Shown here piece by piece: positions 60,220 to 64,000 of a stretch of DNA of 64,000 nt. The notes beneath the pieces are model-generated. The model was not told the DNA's origin, did no database searches, and saw only the letters and a program-made list of their open reading frames with translations. Origin of the DNA: Escherichia coli (GTDB lineage: Bacteria > Pseudomonadota > Gammaproteobacteria > Enterobacterales > Enterobacteriaceae); the NCBI RefSeq assembly GCF_003334815.1, contig NZ_QOWO01000005.1. One strand, given 5' to 3'. Made by a program: the position numbers and the translations under genes. Numbering within the stretch: position 1 is the first letter of the stretch; every line of letters begins with the position of its first letter.

Positions 60220-60759
60220 ATGAATACTAACGTTTTTCGACTGCTCCTGCTGGGAAGCCTGTTCAGCCTTAGCGCCTGTGTGCAGCAAAGTGAAGTGCGA
60301 CAGATGAAACACAGCGTCAGCACGCTGAACCAGGAGATGACGCAACTCAATCAAGAAACAGTCAAAATCACTCAGCAAAACAGGCTGAATGCAAAATCCA
60401 GCAGTGGGGTTTACCTTCTGCCTGGAGCGAAAACACCGGCAAGACTGGAAAGCCAGATCGGTACTTTACGTATGTCGCTGGTGAATATTACGCCTGATGC
60501 AGATGGCACCACCCTTACACTACGTATTCAGGGTGAGTCGAATGATCCCTTGCCCGCATTCAGCGGAACTGTTGAATATGGGCAAATTCAGGGAACAATA
60601 GACAACTTTCAGGAAATCAATGTGCAGAATCAATTGATTAATGCCCCTGCCAGCGTCCTCGCCCCCAGCGATGTTGATATTCCGTTACAGTTAAAGGGGA
60701 TTTCTGTGGATCAGTTAGGCTTTGTACGTATCCACGACATTCAACCTGTTATGCAGTAA
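60220..60759 (+). CDS. yajI: lipoprotein of unknown function
   Basis: ORF 60160..60759 (+); trimmed to ATG at 60220 (MNTNVFRLLLLGSLFSLSAC, lipobox), 179 aa. Confidence 0.85.
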   Translation: MNTNVFRLLLLGSLFSLSACVQQSEVRQMKHSVSTLNQEMTQLNQETVKITQQNRLNAKSSSGVYLLPGAKTPARLESQIGTLRMSLVNITPDADGTTLTLRIQGESNDPLPAFSGTVEYGQIQGTIDNFQEINVQNQLINAPASVLAPSDVDIPLQLKGISVDQLGFVRIHDIQPVMQ

Positions 60760-61057
60760 ACGTATTTCGGGACGATTTTGTGCGTCCCGCAACATCTTTC
60801 CCCGTCATTTTGTTACTCTGCTTACATCACCTGGATTGATAGTAAAAGTTTGCAACAAGGGCGAAAGTCAGTACAATCCCCGCCCGAATGTGTGTAAACG
60901 TGAACGCAATCGATTACGTAAATGATAGAACTGTGAAACGAAACATATTTTTGTGAGCAATGATTTTTATAATAGGCTCCTCTGTATACGAAATATTTAG
61001 AAACGCAATTTGCGCCTTTTTCACTCCCGCAAGGGATTTTCAAACAGTGGCATACAT

Positions 61058-61942
61058 ATGAAAAAAACATTACTGGCAGCCGGTGCGGTACTGGCGCTCT
61101 CTTCGTCTTTTACTGTCAACGCAGCTGAAAACGACAAACCGCAGTATCTTTCCGACTGGTGGCACCAGAGCGTTAACGTTGTCGGAAGCTATCACACCCG
61201 TTTCGGACCGCAGATCCGCAACGATACCTACCTTGAGTACGAAGCATTCGCTAAAAAAGACTGGTTCGACTTCTATGGTTATGCGGATGCGCCGGTATTC
61301 TTCGGCGGTAACTCCGATGCTAAAGGTATCTGGAACCACGGTTCTCCGCTGTTTATGGAAATCGAACCACGTTTCTCCATCGACAAGCTGACCAATACTG
61401 ACCTTAGCTTCGGTCCGTTCAAAGAGTGGTACTTCGCGAACAACTACATTTACGACATGGGTCGTAATAAAGATGGTCGCCAGAGCACCTGGTACATGGG
61501 TCTGGGTACCGATATCGACACTGGCCTGCCGATGAGCCTGTCCATGAACGTCTATGCGAAATACCAGTGGCAGAACTATGGCGCAGCGAACGAAAACGAG
61601 TGGGACGGTTACCGTTTCAAAATTAAATACTTTGTGCCGATTACCGATCTGTGGGGCGGTCAGCTGAGCTACATCGGCTTCACCAACTTCGACTGGGGTT
61701 CCGATTTAGGGGATGACAGCGGTAACGCAATCAACGGTATTAAGACCCGTACTAATAACTCTATCGCTTCCAGCCATATTCTGGCTCTGAACTACGATCA
61801 CTGGCACTACTCTGTCGTAGCTCGTTACTGGCACGACGGTGGTCAGTGGAACGACGATGCAGAACTGAACTTCGGCAACGGCAACTTCAACGTTCGCTCT
61901 ACCGGCTGGGGTGGTTACCTGGTAGTAGGTTACAACTTCTGA
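61058..61942 (+). CDS. tsx: nucleoside-specific outer-membrane channel Tsx (phage T6/colicin K receptor)
   Basis: ORF 61010..61942 (+); trimmed to [22 protein letters not shown] (signal peptide), 294 aa; ends in aromatic C-terminal residue F. Confidence 0.95.
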
Positions 61943-61951
61943 TTATGAAAA

Positions 61952-61980
61952 TGCCGGGATTTATTCCCGGCATTTCTGAT
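61952..61980 (+). terminator. rho-independent terminator-like hairpin after tsx
   Basis: Stem tgccggga / tcccggca with loop tttat, followed by a T-rich tract. Confidence 0.6.
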
Positions 61981-62005
61981 TGTTAACAACGTGTGCTTTG
62001 TTCAT

Positions 62006-62104
62006 GCCGGATGCGGCGTAAACGCTTTGTCCGGCCAACAAAAGCACGTAAATTCAATATATTGCTGAAATAACGTAGGCCTGATAAGCGTAGCGCATCA
62101 GGCA
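62006..62104. repeat. REP/BIME cluster (two REP units)
   Basis: gccggatgcggcgtaaacgctttgtccggcc and gtaggcctgataagcgtagcgcatcaggca. Confidence 0.75.
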
Positions 62105-62118
62105 ATTTTACGTTTTAA

Positions 62119-62466
62119 TCACTTCTTCTTGTTCATCATCGCTTTCAGGTCAGCGAATGGGTTGTACTTCGCTTCACCGACATCTTTCTGCGCATCTTCC
62201 CCTGCGATAACGGTCGTACCATACTGATCCGCTTCGGTATATTTCGAATGCTCATGATCGTGGCAATAGAGACACAACAATTCCCAGTTACTGCCATCTT
62301 CCGGGTTATTGGTATGGTCGTGATCAATGTGGTGAACGGTAAGTTCACGCAGGTTGGAATAAACAAACTCGCGGGAACAGCGACCGCAGACCCACGGATA
62401 GATTTTTAATGCTTTTTCGCGATAGCCGCTTTCTAACCGCGCATAGTTTTTTGGGATGATAGCCAT
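62119..62466 (-). CDS. yajD: HNH-nuclease-family protein of unknown function
   Basis: ORF 62119..62466 (-), 115 aa; Cys/His-rich motif (CGRCSREF...HHIDHDH...CLYCHDHEH). Confidence 0.88.
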   Translation of the reverse strand: MAIIPKNYARLESGYREKALKIYPWVCGRCSREFVYSNLRELTVHHIDHDHTNNPEDGSNWELLCLYCHDHEHSKYTEADQYGTTVIAGEDAQKDVGEAKYNPFADLKAMMNKKK

Positions 62467-62542
62467 GAAAAGTTACCTGGATGAAATGTAGGGTTACGCG
62501 CAGTTTCCCAAGATGCGGGGATTTTCGCAATCTCCATACATC

Positions 62543-62579
62543 AAAAAAAATCCCGATCTTCTGACCGGGATTTTCAACA
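62543..62579 (-). terminator. rho-independent terminator after secF
   Basis: Minus-strand transcript has stem AUCCCGGUC / GAUCGGGAU (one G-U wobble) with loop AGAA, followed by U8. Confidence 0.75.
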
Positions 62580-62594
62580 TCAACGGGAACTTGA

Positions 62595-63566
62595 TTACGG
62601 CAGAATTGACGGCTGATCCGCCCCTTCTTTTTCCACTTTCTGCTGCAACATGTGTTCGCGCTTCATACCCAGTTTCAGAGCCAACGCAGATGCCACATAG
62701 ATGGAAGATGCAGTACCGATGGAAACACCGATAAGCATGGTCAGCGAGAAGCCTTCCAGTACCGGACCACCGAAGAGGTACAGCATCAGGATAACCATCA
62801 AGGTAGTACCGGATGTGATCAAGGTACGGTGCAGCGTCTGGGTCAAGGACACGTTAAAGATTTCGTAAGGCGTACCGCGACGGATCTTGCGGAAGTTTTC
62901 ACGAATACGGTCCGATACCACGATACTGTCGTTAAGCGAGTAACCGATAACCGACATCAACGATGCCACAATGGTCAGGTCAATCTCGATATGGAATAAC
63001 GACAAAATACCCAGCGTAATGATAACGTCGTGCGCCAGCGCAATAACCACCCCTGCCGCCAGTCGCCACTCAAAGCGGAAACCTACGTACACGAGGATAG
63101 ACAGCAGCGCTGCCATCAACGCCATCGCACCGGTTTGCGCAAGGTCTGCCCCCACGCTCGGACCGACGAACTCAATACGCTTCACTGCTGCATTCTGATT
63201 GGTGGATTCGTTAATCACCTTCAGAACCTGGCTGCCCAACACCTGACCGCCGGTTTCGCCTTCAGCAGGCGGCATACGGACCATGATGTCATGGCTGCTA
63301 CCAAAGTTTTGCAGCATCGGCTCTTCAAAACCGGCTTTTTGCAATGCATCACGCATTACGTCAATTTCAGCCGGTTTTTCGAGCGTAATTTCAATAACCG
63401 TACCACCGGTGAAATCCAGCCCCCAGTTAAAGCCGCGCACGCCCATAATAACGATAGCAGCGATTAACAGCAGACCAGAGATGCCGAAAGCCCAGTAGTC
63501 CCAGCGCATAAAGTCATAGACTTTACGGCCGTGGTTTAGTTGTTCAACAGTATATTCCTGTGCCAC
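62595..63566 (-). CDS. secF: protein translocase subunit SecF
   Basis: ORF 62595..63611 (-); trimmed to a GTG start (rc of cac at 63564-63566), giving [19 protein letters not shown]..., 323 aa. Confidence 0.93.
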
Positions 63567-63576
63567 ATCGCACTCC

Positions 63577-64000
63577 TCAGATTGACAGCTTCTTGACGCG
63601 CTTGCCGCCATATAGCAGGTTTACGATGGCACGCGTACCGACAATCGCGGTAAACATCGACGTCGCCACACCGATACCGGTAGTAATCGCGAACCCTTTA
63701 ATTGCCCCGGTACCCACTGCGTACAGGATGATGACTTTAATCAGCGTGGTGATGTTCGCATCGAAGATAGAACTGAATGCGCCACGATAACCTTCATCAA
63801 TTGCCTGTTGAACAGTACGTCCGTTGCTCAACTCTTCTTTAATACGTTCGTTGATCAGTACGTTCGCATCGACCGCCACCGCAAGGGTTAAGACGATACC
63901 CGCGATACCTGGCATACTCAGCGTTGCGCCTGGCAACAGCGACATAATGCCGACGATTAAGATCAAGTTGGCAATCAGAGCACTGGTCGCAATCAGACCA
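63577..64000 (-). CDS. secD: protein translocase subunit SecD, C-terminal part (5' end lies beyond window end)
   Basis: Open frame 63577..63966+ (-) translating ...[105 protein letters not shown]. Confidence 0.92.
   Translation of the reverse strand, partial: GLIATSALIANLILIVGIMSLLPGATLSMPGIAGIVLTLAVAVDANVLINERIKEELSNGRTVQQAIDEGYRGAFSSIFDANITTLIKVIILYAVGTGAIKGFAITTGIGVATSMFTAIVGTRAIVNLLYGGKRVKKLSI

Overview
This window reads as an ordinary, well-characterised stretch of Escherichia coli core chromosome (K-12-like), not a novel system. It is in reverse-complement orientation relative to the usual genome map and runs from the 5' part of dnaX to the 3' end of secD. Gene content, order and spacing match what I recall for K-12, with no sign of an insertion; this is from memory and should be confirmed by alignment. 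I can support about 70 protein-coding genes, one RNA gene (ffs, 4.5S RNA), several REP clusters, one ERIC element, and a handful of regulatory sites and terminators. The main blocks are the acrR/acrAB efflux locus, tomB-hha, glnK-amtB, mdlAB, the tig-clpPX-lon-hupB-ppiD proteostasis cluster, cyoABCDE, xseB-ispA-dxs and nrdR-ribD-ribH-nusB-thiL-pgpA. I found no transposase, integrase, phage gene, CRISPR array or unfamiliar multi-gene cassette. The findings below are therefore modest: regulatory sites readable in the sequence, repeat elements, and under-studied y-genes. All coordinates come from the ORF track and manual reading; I ran no database search.
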